Virus record (IMG/VR): IMGVR_UViG_3300031994_000044
Span: 32,001 to 96,000 of that record
DNA from: a virus
Lineage: Duplodnaviria > Caudoviricetes
Length of the DNA: 64,000 nt
Reading direction: 5' to 3' (one strand)
Within the stretch, counting starts at the first letter, position 1; each line of letters begins with the position of its first letter. Below the pieces are notes generated by a model. That model worked only from the letters and a program-made list of their open reading frames with translations. It searched no databases and was not told the DNA's origin. Made by a program: the position numbers and the translations under genes. Of this stretch, positions 9,202 through 17,830 are shown one piece after another.

Positions 9202-9723
9202 TTAATCTTCTTTGATGTGTTTCGCCATTTGTTCAAGTGTTGAAGATTCCATATTCCATTGTTCTTTCCAATTTTGATAAAATCCATGTAATTTATTGAG
9301 GATTTCAAGATTTTTATCATTAAGAATAAGGCCATTTGTAGTTAAGAAACAGCCATCACCAGTATTGGTTCTTAATTTAAATTGGAATTTAAGATTGTTC
9401 AAACATGGAATTACACCACTGAATATTAGATTATTTTCATTAGGCATATAAATCAATGGTGATTCGCTGACACTGTTTTCGTTTGGTTTTGAAAACTGTG
9501 CACCACTTTCAACAGATGTCCTAAATTGCTGTATTTGGTTTGTTAAAGTGTTTTGTCCAAATATAGGGTCATCTGTTATAGCAATACCGTCAGCAGCCGT
9601 CTTATCATTTCTTTCCTGCTCTTCTTTGAGTATTCTTTTCTTGTTGATACTTGCTTCTTCCAATGTTCTTAATTTGTCAAGTATTTGTCTTGTATAATCA
9701 ATATTTTCAACTTTTTTTGCCAT
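9202..9723 (-). CDS. hypothetical protein, possibly head-associated
   Basis: TRQILDKLR...KRILKE leader followed by a globular domain. Confidence 0.6.
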   Translation of the reverse strand: MAKKVENIDYTRQILDKLRTLEEASINKKRILKEEQERNDKTAADGIAITDDPIFGQNTLTNQIQQFRTSVESGAQFSKPNENSVSESPLIYMPNENNLIFSGVIPCLNNLKFQFKLRTNTGDGCFLTTNGLILNDKNLEILNKLHGFYQNWKEQWNMESSTLEQMAKHIKED

Positions 9724-9725
9724 AA

Positions 9726-10211
9726 TTAAAAATCATATCCCATTCCATTCCACCAAGAAGTAATGTTACCTATATTATTTCTGTTGGCTTTGATTATTTT
9801 TTCAACATCTTTTTTTAGTTTTTCTGTACGCTTTATTTCATCTTCAATAATTTTTTTGGCGTTTTCAGGATGTTGCTCTATTTTTTTATTAAATTCTTTT
9901 TGTGCATTTTCAAAATCGTTGATTTTATCAGAAATTTCTTTTAAACCTTCCATTGCTGTTTGGTCTAATTGATTTTGTTCTTCTTCAACTGTGTCGTTAA
10001 TGTTAACATCAACTTGATTAATAGCGGTTTCTACATCATTAACATTTACATCAATATCGGAAATATCTTGTACTACTCCGTTTTTTTCTATTTCTTCTAT
10101 TTTTTGTTCTATTTGTTCTTGCATGATAGCAAGTTTTTCAGCCTCTTTTGTATCTTTTTTTGCCTTTTTGGTTTTTGGCTCAGCCGTCTCGTTCTTATTT
10201 TGTTTTGCCAT
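9726..10211 (-). CDS. hypothetical coiled-coil protein
   Basis: 161 aa, charged helical sequence, C-terminal WWNG. Confidence 0.65.
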   Translation of the reverse strand: MAKQNKNETAEPKTKKAKKDTKEAEKLAIMQEQIEQKIEEIEKNGVVQDISDIDVNVNDVETAINQVDVNINDTVEEEQNQLDQTAMEGLKEISDKINDFENAQKEFNKKIEQHPENAKKIIEDEIKRTEKLKKDVEKIIKANRNNIGNITSWWNGMGYDF

Positions 10212-10228
10212 GTTTAATAATTTTAATA

Positions 10229-10256
10229 AATATAAGTTTTATTAAAAAATTGTCAA
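10229..10256 (-). promoter_or_regulatory. putative early/middle promoter TTGACA-N16-TATATT
   Basis: same architecture at 15946-15974, 18831-18859, 53463-53491 and 57385-57412. Confidence 0.6.
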
Positions 10257-10266
10257 GAACAAATGA

Positions 10267-10671
10267 TTATCCAATAGTTCTTTTCCTAATTCTATCGTTT
10301 TTTTGCTTTTCCTGTCTAATGTTTTCTTTAAGTATTCTTTTTACCGTTTCCATGACAATTTGTCTTAATTGACTTTCGTTAATGGTAATTTTATTGGATT
10401 TTTTCCTTTCAATTAAAAAATTTAATTTTTTTGAATTTTCTTTGAAGAAATAGTCAAAGCAACTATCTATTAATTTTTCATTAGTCGCTGGATATTTTTT
10501 CATTAGTATATTTATATATGGTTTGGTTAGGTTAATAATTTCTTCTTTTGTATAAGGTTTCCCTTCGTCTTCTTTACTTCTAACACATGAGCCAATCATT
10601 CTAGTTATTTGTTTAGCTATTTTTGATATCATGTATTTCCCTTTATTGTATTTAAACTCTTCATTTATCAT
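10267..10671 (-). CDS. hypothetical protein with ITINESQLRQIVMETVKRILKE motif
   Basis: single gene between a CTATTTAT motif and the next promoter. Confidence 0.6.
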   Translation of the reverse strand: MINEEFKYNKGKYMISKIAKQITRMIGSCVRSKEDEGKPYTKEEIINLTKPYINILMKKYPATNEKLIDSCFDYFFKENSKKLNFLIERKKSNKITINESQLRQIVMETVKRILKENIRQEKQKNDRIRKRTIG

Positions 10672-10688
10672 AAGACATTATTTTTATA

Positions 10689-10696
10689 ATAAATAG
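10689..10696 (-). promoter_or_regulatory. putative late promoter CTATTTAT
   Basis: conserved 8-mer upstream of ATG 10671. Confidence 0.6.
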
Positions 10697-10706
10697 TATG
10701 GATAAC

Positions 10707-10735
10707 AAAAAAGCACACCTTTTCAGATGTGCTTT
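10707..10735 (-). terminator. intrinsic terminator, family B
   Basis: AAAGCACATCT-GAAA-AGGTGTGCTTTTTT on the minus strand; near-identical to 39887-39915. Confidence 0.8.
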
Positions 10736-10742
10736 AAATACT

Positions 10743-11492
10743 TTAGGCATTGTAAAATCTAACATTCCCTTCTTCATCTTCGTATATTACCAAAAAGGTA
10801 AATATGGCTTCAATATTATCTATTGTCGTTTTATGAAGATGCAATTCGTCTAAATCCATAAAATATTTTATTGCCAATTCTTTTATATTAAACATCAACC
10901 TAAGACGGTCTTCTCCTGAAACGTTTTTTGTGTCATTATTTGAAACATGTATTAAAAACAAACGATTATTAATTGAATATCTTCCTTTTTTATTTTTAAA
11001 GCCACTTTGTCTTTTATACATATTTTCTCCAAGTGTTTGAAAATCTTCATATGTTACTTCATTTTTAATAATTTTTTGTTTTAAGATAAAATCATCTTTA
11101 AATACTCTTGAAGATTTCAAGTCGAATTTAATGTTATGGGAAATAAAATCCCATCCTTTGGCTTTGCTAATCGGATTTGGTGACGCTCCATATTTTTGGA
11201 ATAGTAATTCATCAATTTGGCTAAATTTTACGACTAAACAACGTCTTGTTAAATATTTTGCGATTTCTTTTGCTTTTTCGGTGCCTTTTAAATTATTATC
11301 ATTAATGACTTTGATTAATCCTTTTTTAAGGCCATCATAAGTATTTATCTGAAAAACATCCAATAATGAATCATATGCTTCATTTTGTACTTCGCACCAT
11401 GGAAGTTGACCGTTATCTTTAGAAATAATACCATCAAATATTTTCTCAATGATTTCTTTACATCTGTTGATTTGACTTTCTAAGTCTAACAT
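10743..11492 (-). CDS. putative PD-(D/E)xK restriction-like endonuclease
   Basis: E...WDF...FDLKS motif; overlaps the methylase stop; start placed at ATG 11492. Confidence 0.5.
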   Translation of the reverse strand: MLDLESQINRCKEIIEKIFDGIISKDNGQLPWCEVQNEAYDSLLDVFQINTYDGLKKGLIKVINDNNLKGTEKAKEIAKYLTRRCLVVKFSQIDELLFQKYGASPNPISKAKGWDFISHNIKFDLKSSRVFKDDFILKQKIIKNEVTYEDFQTLGENMYKRQSGFKNKKGRYSINNRLFLIHVSNNDTKNVSGEDRLRLMFNIKELAIKYFMDLDELHLHKTTIDNIEAIFTFLVIYEDEEGNVRFYNA

Positions 11493-12423
11493 ACAATCTT
11501 CTGTACTTTTGGGTCCCATTGACAATATTGTCTTGATTACCCAATGGCCCATAATGGTCCAATTGAATCAATTCAAATTGAGATGGGTTATATTTTCCGA
11601 AGAATGAAATGGGAACTCCCATGTATCCATAATAATCGCACGGAATATCTTTCACCTTATCAACATTTATACAGTCTTCGTTAAGACCTGATATAGTTCT
11701 AAAATTATCATAAAAAGGATATGCTTCATTATTTGGCGTTCCGTCCTCGTTATAATAACTTTTCTTGAGTTTTATAAACGGTTTTTCTATATCTAAATGT
11801 AATGTTGTATACCAAACAACACCTGATACACGGATTTTTCCTTCTATATGTTCACCTGCTGTTGCAATATCTTGATAATCAGTAGGTACATCGAACCATC
11901 CTGCAATCCCTTTAAAACCATAATCAACAATAACACCATCGTCTTTAAGATGTGCAAAAACATCTTTACAAGAAATTGAATTTTGCTGACCAATGATTAA
12001 GAAATCTTTTTTCATTTCAATAAGTCCATTCAAAAAATCATTAAACAAACTAAAAGGCGGATTTGTGACTATAATATCGCTTAAAGAGGCTATCAGTCTA
12101 TAGCCGGATTTCATTATATCAACTTTTTCTATGACATTGCCATAACTATTAAGACTTACGGGTAATGTGTCTTTACCATTATAATAAGCAGCTTCTGTGT
12201 CAATAGAACTGTAAAATAATCCCTTTAATTTAAATTTTTCAAAATTATCAATAAAATATTGTACGAATTTCGAATTTCTATTGTCACAAGGGCAATAAAC
12301 CGTTTTTCCCTCAAATGCATGGAAAAATTTGTCACATTCGCTTTTTACATCTTCATATTGTGTGTAAAATTCGTCGTTTTTTTCTTTTCTTGCTTTAGTT
12401 AAATAATTGTTCTTTAATGCCAT
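11458..12423 (-). CDS. adenine-specific DNA methyltransferase, EcoRI family
   Basis: KNDEFYTQY, VYCPCD, DIIVTNPPFSLF, YMGVPISF motifs. Confidence 0.88.
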   Translation of the reverse strand: MALKNNYLTKARKEKNDEFYTQYEDVKSECDKFFHAFEGKTVYCPCDNRNSKFVQYFIDNFEKFKLKGLFYSSIDTEAAYYNGKDTLPVSLNSYGNVIEKVDIMKSGYRLIASLSDIIVTNPPFSLFNDFLNGLIEMKKDFLIIGQQNSISCKDVFAHLKDDGVIVDYGFKGIAGWFDVPTDYQDIATAGEHIEGKIRVSGVVWYTTLHLDIEKPFIKLKKSYYNEDGTPNNEAYPFYDNFRTISGLNEDCINVDKVKDIPCDYYGYMGVPISFFGKYNPSQFELIQLDHYGPLGNQDNIVNGTQKYRRLYVRLRKSNQQM

Positions 12424-12424
12424 G

Positions 12425-13129
12425 TTATTTTAATATTTCTGAAGTTATTGAATTTTTGAGAGCTTCTGTACGTAATTTCTTTAAAGCGCCTTCTTTTATT
12501 TGTCTTACTCTCTCTTTCGTTAATCCTAAATCCTTGCCGATTTCTTCTAAAGTTTTTTCTTTTTTCGAGTTAAAGCCAAAATAATTTGAAATAATTTTTT
12601 TCTCCCTTTCAGTTAACACATCCATTAATCGGCTTATAATTGACGCATCGTCATACATGTTTTCAAAATTATTTTCTTCAATGTATTCTTCAGGTGTTAT
12701 TTCGTTTTTATCAGAATCATAATCGTTTGCGCCAAAACTTTCAGAAGACAACTCTTCACCATTTATCAGATTTCGTTTCTTTAATGCCTCTAATATTGTT
12801 TGCCTAATCCACCATACGGAATAACTTATTGTTTTATAACCCATTTTATGGTCGAACTTATCTATTGCCTTTATCAATCCAATATTACCTTCAGCAATTA
12901 AATCAGAATAAGAAAGTCCCATACCAATATAAGGTTTCGCTACTGAAGCAACAAATTTTAAATTTGATTTAATAATTTTATCTCGTGCGGTCAAATCATT
13001 TTCTTTTTTATATTTTTCCCATAAAGAAAACTCTTCTTCCCTCGATAATGGTGATAACTTATTCAATTCTTTAAAATAGTCGAATGCACTTCGGTCAAAA
13101 TTTTCGACTGTTTTTTTTCTTTTACGCAT
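12425..13129 (-). CDS. phage-encoded sigma-70 family (RpoD-like) RNA polymerase sigma factor
   Basis: region 2 SNLKFVASVAK, DLIAEGNIGLIKA, YSVWWIRQ; region 4 TLEEIG...LTKERVRQI. Confidence 0.92.
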   Translation of the reverse strand: MRKRKKTVENFDRSAFDYFKELNKLSPLSREEEFSLWEKYKKENDLTARDKIIKSNLKFVASVAKPYIGMGLSYSDLIAEGNIGLIKAIDKFDHKMGYKTISYSVWWIRQTILEALKKRNLINGEELSSESFGANDYDSDKNEITPEEYIEENNFENMYDDASIISRLMDVLTEREKKIISNYFGFNSKKEKTLEEIGKDLGLTKERVRQIKEGALKKLRTEALKNSITSEILK

Positions 13130-13153
13130 TTTTCCATGTTAATTATTTTTAAG

Positions 13154-15511
13154 TTATTTTAATCTTGAAATATTACATTCCTTTATAATTGTTATTGTAT
13201 CAGTATACCAATCTAAATCAATATGGCATATATTTAATACAAAATCATAATATTCAGCAATCTTATCATAAAGTTTTTTCATACTATCATAATTTTCTTT
13301 TGCTACGGCCCCTAAAACTTCATCCAATAATATAAATGGCGGTCTTGATAATTTAGATAGTTTACCAAGAACGACACGCAATGCCAATGATGCTTGCGTT
13401 TTTTCAAGCCCAGAAGCGGCGGAAAGCCTTGTCTTAACATCGTCTCTTATTAGCAAGAAATCAATGTCGTTTTTCTCGTTCATGGTTATTTCAATGTTGA
13501 AATCAGCAACCTCATCAAGAAGTCTATTCAATTCACCGTTAATAATAGGTAATGTATGACGCAAAACCATCTTGCTAATTCCGTCTTTACCTATCATTTG
13601 TAAATAGAGTTTCCAATATTTTTCTGTTTTTCTTTCTTCGTCTATTTTAACTATAAAACTATTTTTTTGTGCAATGGTTTCTGTCGCTCTTGTTATCTCT
13701 TTTTCATTTCTAGTTATTGTGTCGTTTGAGTCTTTTTTGATTTTCTCTTCAGTTTTAATATTGGTGTTAAGAACATTCACCTGAGCGTCTATTTCGCCAT
13801 TTTTAGTTATAGCCTCTTTGCTTTTATTTACTTCAGCAAGCAATTGTGTCTGCTCTTTATACTCCAATCTCATGGAAGTAATATCGGACTTTATTGTTGC
13901 AATTTTTAATTCAAGTTTTGCTTTCTCTTGTGATTGCTTTCTCTTTTCCTCAATATCAGCAAGCAACTTTTCAACCTCGTCAAATCTGTTTTTGGCTGCA
14001 ATACCTTCTTTTGTGAAGATTTCTATATTATTTTTGTTTTCAGCAATAAGACCTGAATTATCAACATTATCCAATTTTCTCTTGCAAGTTGGACAATATT
14101 CGGCTTTCTCTAAATTTGAATTTGTGTCATTTAAATGCTTTATATTGGCCTTTAACTCTGAAATTTTACTTATAAGTTGTGCCTTTTCAGTATTGAGACT
14201 CTTGTATTCTTCTTCCGAATAATCAATATCCTTGTATTTGCTTAATTCATTGGTGAAATATTCAGATTCTTTATTTTTCTTTTTTCCTTCTTCAACAATA
14301 TTTTTTATTTTGGCTTCAAGCGTGGTTACATTGATTTTCAGCAAAGATGGGTCCACCTGTTGTTTTGAAGAAAGCAATATGTCCCTTGTGTTATTGTATT
14401 CAGTTATTTTCTTTTCACACTCGGAAATTATTGCTTTGTTTTTCTCATTTTCATTAAAAAAGTCTGTTTTTGTTTCTTCAAGGGCCTTTATTTCTTCTTC
14501 AAGTTGTACCTTATTATACATGTCAGAATAACGTCCGACAGAAATTTCTTTGTTCCATTTTTCTCTCGCCTTTACATCTTTGTCTTCAATAACAGACAAA
14601 CCAATCCATCGGGCAAGAAGCCTTCCCTTTTCGGTTTCAGTCAATGAAATTAAACTATCAAGGTCCTTTGCATTAGCACTTATAATTAAGTCAAAATCAC
14701 TTTCAGTTCCAAGGGCCTCTTTAATGATTGCACTCGTTTCCTTTGCCGATGCTCCTTGTTGATTTTCGTCAGACAGTAATTCCTCAGTGCCGTCACTAAG
14801 TACCTTGTAATATTCGACCTTATTTGATATGGTTTTTGTCTTTTTACCGTTGGCAGGTCTTGTTAATGTTCTTTTAATAATGTAATCCTCGCCATCAATG
14901 TTTATACATCCTTCAACATTAAGTGTTCTTTCATCAGGCAAATAGTTGTTAAACAATTCGCTAAGAGTTTTAGCCTTATCTGTATTTGTTTTTCCGAACA
15001 GCAAAAAATGTAAAATGTCATAGGCAAATGTAGATTTACCACTTTTATTAGCTGGTTCGCCATTTAAAAGAACTAATCCATGTAATTTTGTAAAATCAAA
15101 AAAGTTATCAGGGCCATAACTTAAAAAGTTGTCCCATTTAACCCACTTAATCACATATGTTTTGGCCTTATTATATAAGGTATAGTCAATAAGAGCGTTT
15201 ATTTGACTGTCAATCTTTATAATCTCATTAAAATCAACATCTTCAATCTTGTTTTCAACAATATATTGTTTCATTAATTCTTGCTGAAATTTTGGCTCAT
15301 TGATATTTTGTATTGAATCAGAAACAAGAGCGTCATTACCACTTGAAGTTATATATTTAGGTTTGACGGTAATATTCTTTGACGGTATACCATACTTGGA
15401 AGCCATCATGGAAATTATACTCTTTTCCAACTCCTTTGAATAGTTTGTCGGTGCAACATTCCACTCAATGCAAACCTTTGCATCTTGACCTATTTCTATT
15501 TTCTTTCCCAT
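13154..15511 (-). CDS. sbcC: SbcC/Rad50 (gp46-like) ATPase with N-terminal extension
   Basis: NFLSYG, Walker A NKSGKST, coiled coil with CPTC zinc hook, ASGLEK signature, ILLDEV Walker B. Confidence 0.9.
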   Translation of the reverse strand: MGKKIEIGQDAKVCIEWNVAPTNYSKELEKSIISMMASKYGIPSKNITVKPKYITSSGNDALVSDSIQNINEPKFQQELMKQYIVENKIEDVDFNEIIKIDSQINALIDYTLYNKAKTYVIKWVKWDNFLSYGPDNFFDFTKLHGLVLLNGEPANKSGKSTFAYDILHFLLFGKTNTDKAKTLSELFNNYLPDERTLNVEGCINIDGEDYIIKRTLTRPANGKKTKTISNKVEYYKVLSDGTEELLSDENQQGASAKETSAIIKEALGTESDFDLIISANAKDLDSLISLTETEKGRLLARWIGLSVIEDKDVKAREKWNKEISVGRYSDMYNKVQLEEEIKALEETKTDFFNENEKNKAIISECEKKITEYNNTRDILLSSKQQVDPSLLKINVTTLEAKIKNIVEEGKKKNKESEYFTNELSKYKDIDYSEEEYKSLNTEKAQLISKISELKANIKHLNDTNSNLEKAEYCPTCKRKLDNVDNSGLIAENKNNIEIFTKEGIAAKNRFDEVEKLLADIEEKRKQSQEKAKLELKIATIKSDITSMRLEYKEQTQLLAEVNKSKEAITKNGEIDAQVNVLNTNIKTEEKIKKDSNDTITRNEKEITRATETIAQKNSFIVKIDEERKTEKYWKLYLQMIGKDGISKMVLRHTLPIINGELNRLLDEVADFNIEITMNEKNDIDFLLIRDDVKTRLSAASGLEKTQASLALRVVLGKLSKLSRPPFILLDEVLGAVAKENYDSMKKLYDKIAEYYDFVLNICHIDLDWYTDTITIIKECNISRLK

Positions 15512-15512
15512 A

Positions 15513-15926
15513 TTATATTAAAATTCTAACTTTCTTGGATTTTGTTATTTTCTTTTCTTCTTCTGATTTTTTTTCTTCCGAAGTAACAGTTTCTTTTGAT
15601 TGTTCTATTTTAGCCAACACTTCGAATCCTTTTGGCTCTGACATTGGTTGTACTGGTATGATTTCATTTGCTGTTGGCATTGCTGGTATTTTGTGAATGT
15701 CAATAACTAAATTTTTACTTGGTAATTCTTCATTAATCTGTTCGTTTTTCTGCACATTTATATGCTCGTTCTCTATAACGCCAAACGGTATGTCACCATA
15801 TTTCAGTTCATTTAATGCCTTTTTAATTAAGTCATTACATAATGCAGATGGCTTGCGACCATTTAGGTCACAATATTGTTTAATTTCATTATATAAATCA
15901 TCATTTATTGATATGTTGTGTGCCAT
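15513..15926 (-). CDS. putative ribbon-helix-helix DNA-binding protein
   Basis: N-terminal HNISINDDLYNEIKQYC...KPSALCNDLIKKAL pattern; low-complexity tail. Confidence 0.5.
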   Translation of the reverse strand: MAHNISINDDLYNEIKQYCDLNGRKPSALCNDLIKKALNELKYGDIPFGVIENEHINVQKNEQINEELPSKNLVIDIHKIPAMPTANEIIPVQPMSEPKGFEVLAKIEQSKETVTSEEKKSEEEKKITKSKKVRILI

Positions 15927-15945
15927 TTATTCTATAATTTTATTT

Positions 15946-15974
15946 AATATACAAAATTTTATTCTTTTTTGCAA
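15946..15974 (-). promoter_or_regulatory. putative early/middle promoter TTGCAA-N17-TATATT
   Basis: upstream of the RHH-sbcC-sigma-methylase-nuclease run. Confidence 0.6.
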
Positions 15975-16024
15975 ATTTTATTTACAATAATCATCTTATT
16001 TTTAATTTTTAGCAAAAAGAACCT

Positions 16025-16822
16025 ATGGAAAAAAATGAATATATATACCCAAGAACAATACTTGGACTTGATGTAAGTACAACTTGCATCGGCGTGTGCG
16101 TTGTTAAAGACAATGGTGATGCAGATAAGCCTGAATTACTGTATATCGGCCATATAACACCAAAAATATCAAGAAAAGTAAAAGGCATTGAATCTTTGTT
16201 TCTGAAAAAACAAATTTTTGAAACAGAATTTCTACCTAATATCTTAGAAAAATATAAAATAACCGATGTTATTATAGAAGAACCCTTATTATCTTCAAAT
16301 AATGTAAATACCGTTGCAACATTGCTTAGGTTTAACGGTATGATTTCAGAATCAATATACAAATTACTTTCTATTGTTCCAAATTTTATTTCCTCATATG
16401 ATGCAAGACTCTATTCTTTCCCCGAATTGGTGTCTGTTAGGAAATACAACAAAAAAGGTGAAGAATATCCTTTAAAACACATTAAAAAGGCAATTGAAGA
16501 TAATAAAGCGGTCTTATTTGGCGCATATCCTTTTGATGTTGATAAGAAAACAGTTATGATGAACATGGTAAATGAAATGTACCATGACGGAGAAATTGAA
16601 TGGCTCTATAACAAAAACGGAGAATTGAAAAAAGAGAATTTCGATGCTTGTGATTCACTCATTTGCGCTTTGGCCTACATAAACATAAACCATCATGGAC
16701 TTGAAGCAGTTAAAATTGACAATGTATCTTATTCAGAAACTTCGGAAAATAAAACAAAAATTGATTATGTTACCAAAATTTGGGATAAAATATATAATAA
16801 AACTATAATACTTGAAAACTGA
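16025..16822 (+). CDS. RuvC-like Holliday junction resolvase
   Basis: ILGLDVSTTCIG, IIEEP, DACDSLICA RNase H-fold acidic motifs. Confidence 0.75.
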   Translation: MEKNEYIYPRTILGLDVSTTCIGVCVVKDNGDADKPELLYIGHITPKISRKVKGIESLFLKKQIFETEFLPNILEKYKITDVIIEEPLLSSNNVNTVATLLRFNGMISESIYKLLSIVPNFISSYDARLYSFPELVSVRKYNKKGEEYPLKHIKKAIEDNKAVLFGAYPFDVDKKTVMMNMVNEMYHDGEIEWLYNKNGELKKENFDACDSLICALAYININHHGLEAVKIDNVSYSETSENKTKIDYVTKIWDKIYNKTIILEN

Positions 16823-16880
16823 CATACTCCCACGATTGAAATCGTGGGGTTCTTAACTTTTGGCAATTATATACCAGTTA
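16820..16880 (-). mobile_element. minimal IS200/IS605 right-end remnant (TnpB-type terminal hairpin)
   Basis: GAACCCCACGATTTCAATCGTGGGAGTATGTCA matches the typical end pattern; no transposase or TnpB ORF. Confidence 0.6.
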
Positions 16881-16883
16881 ACA

Positions 16884-16915
16884 CAAATATACAATTTTTT
16901 CTTGAAAATTCCAAA
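16884..16915 (-). promoter_or_regulatory. Bacteroidota housekeeping-type promoter TTTG-N20-TATATTTG
   Basis: exact fit to the -33 TTTG / -7 TAnnTTTG consensus; points at the IS-end hairpin, not at an ORF. Confidence 0.55.
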
Positions 16916-16922
16916 CCTGCCA

Positions 16923-16930
16923 CTATTTAT
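16923..16930 (+). promoter_or_regulatory. putative late promoter CTATTTAT
   Basis: the motif flips strand together with the plus-strand gene at 16966. Confidence 0.7.
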
Positions 16931-16965
16931 TAGAGAGCAATAAAAAGAATATAATAAATAAAAAC

Positions 16966-17760
16966 ATGGCAAGAAATAACCAAAAACTTATCAACTTCCA
17001 CACAAGCGGCAATACAGAAGTGCCGTTGGAATCATTGTTCTACGGCGAAATCGCCGTAAGACACTGTTCAGGCGATTCAGCCGCTGAACTTATTATCAAA
17101 AACTCGGAAAACACAAGCGCTGTTTTCGTTGAAACGGCAAAAATGTGCATCGACTGCGGAACTTGGGACGGCGGAGATTCACACGAATATGTCGACCTTG
17201 GATTGCCTTCGGGTAAAAAATGGGCAACCTGCAATATAGGTGCTGAAAACCCCGAAGATGCAGGTTTGTATTTTCAATGGGGCGACACTCAAGGATATAC
17301 CGCTGCACAGGTAGGTACGGGAAAGATATTTGACTGGGAGCACTACAAATACAGCAACGATGATGGCTCTCAAATGACCAGATACAATTCAACAGATGGA
17401 CTCACTGAATTGTTGCCTGAGGATGATGCTGCGACAGCAAATTGGGGCAGTGAATGGAAGATGCCTACATTGGCTGATATAGAGGAATTGACAACCGAGA
17501 CCACTTATAGTGTTGATACCGTCAATAATGTGTCAGGTATGAGATTCACTGGTAATGGCAATAGTATTTTTGTTCCTTTTGCTGGTGACGCTAACGGCAG
17601 TAATGTCAGTGACGTTGGCAGGGAAGGCTACTGTTGGTCAAGTTCTCTTAGTAGTGGGAGCATTAATAACGCTCATAGTCTTATCAATAATCAGGGGGAT
17701 GCCTTCGCCGACCTCAGCGACCGTTACTTCGGCTTCTGTGTGCGTCCTGTGCGTGTTTAG
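16966..17760 (+). CDS. putative receptor-binding protein with C-type-lectin-fold domain; DGR target candidate
   Basis: HEYVDLGLPSGKKWATCNIGA, WKMPT, CWSSS, RYFGFCVRPV motifs; N-terminus paralogous to 19455-20717; higher GC than neighbours. Confidence 0.8.
   Translation: MARNNQKLINFHTSGNTEVPLESLFYGEIAVRHCSGDSAAELIIKNSENTSAVFVETAKMCIDCGTWDGGDSHEYVDLGLPSGKKWATCNIGAENPEDAGLYFQWGDTQGYTAAQVGTGKIFDWEHYKYSNDDGSQMTRYNSTDGLTELLPEDDAATANWGSEWKMPTLADIEELTTETTYSVDTVNNVSGMRFTGNGNSIFVPFAGDANGSNVSDVGREGYCWSSSLSSGSINNAHSLINNQGDAFADLSDRYFGFCVRPVRV
17581..17760 (+). other. DGR variable-region-like segment
   Basis: only 2 of the last 59 codons end in A; run of NNC codons before GGC TTC TGT GTG CGT CCT. Confidence 0.65.
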
Positions 17761-17796
17761 AACCAATAAAAACAAACAAAAGAACAACTTATAAAA

Positions 17797-17830
17797 ATGG
17801 GGTGACAATAATTTGCCACCCTTTCTTTTT
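17797..17830 (+). terminator. hairpin/terminator, family A variant
   Basis: GGGTGACAA-TAAT-TTGCCACCC followed by a T tract, between convergent genes. Confidence 0.75.
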
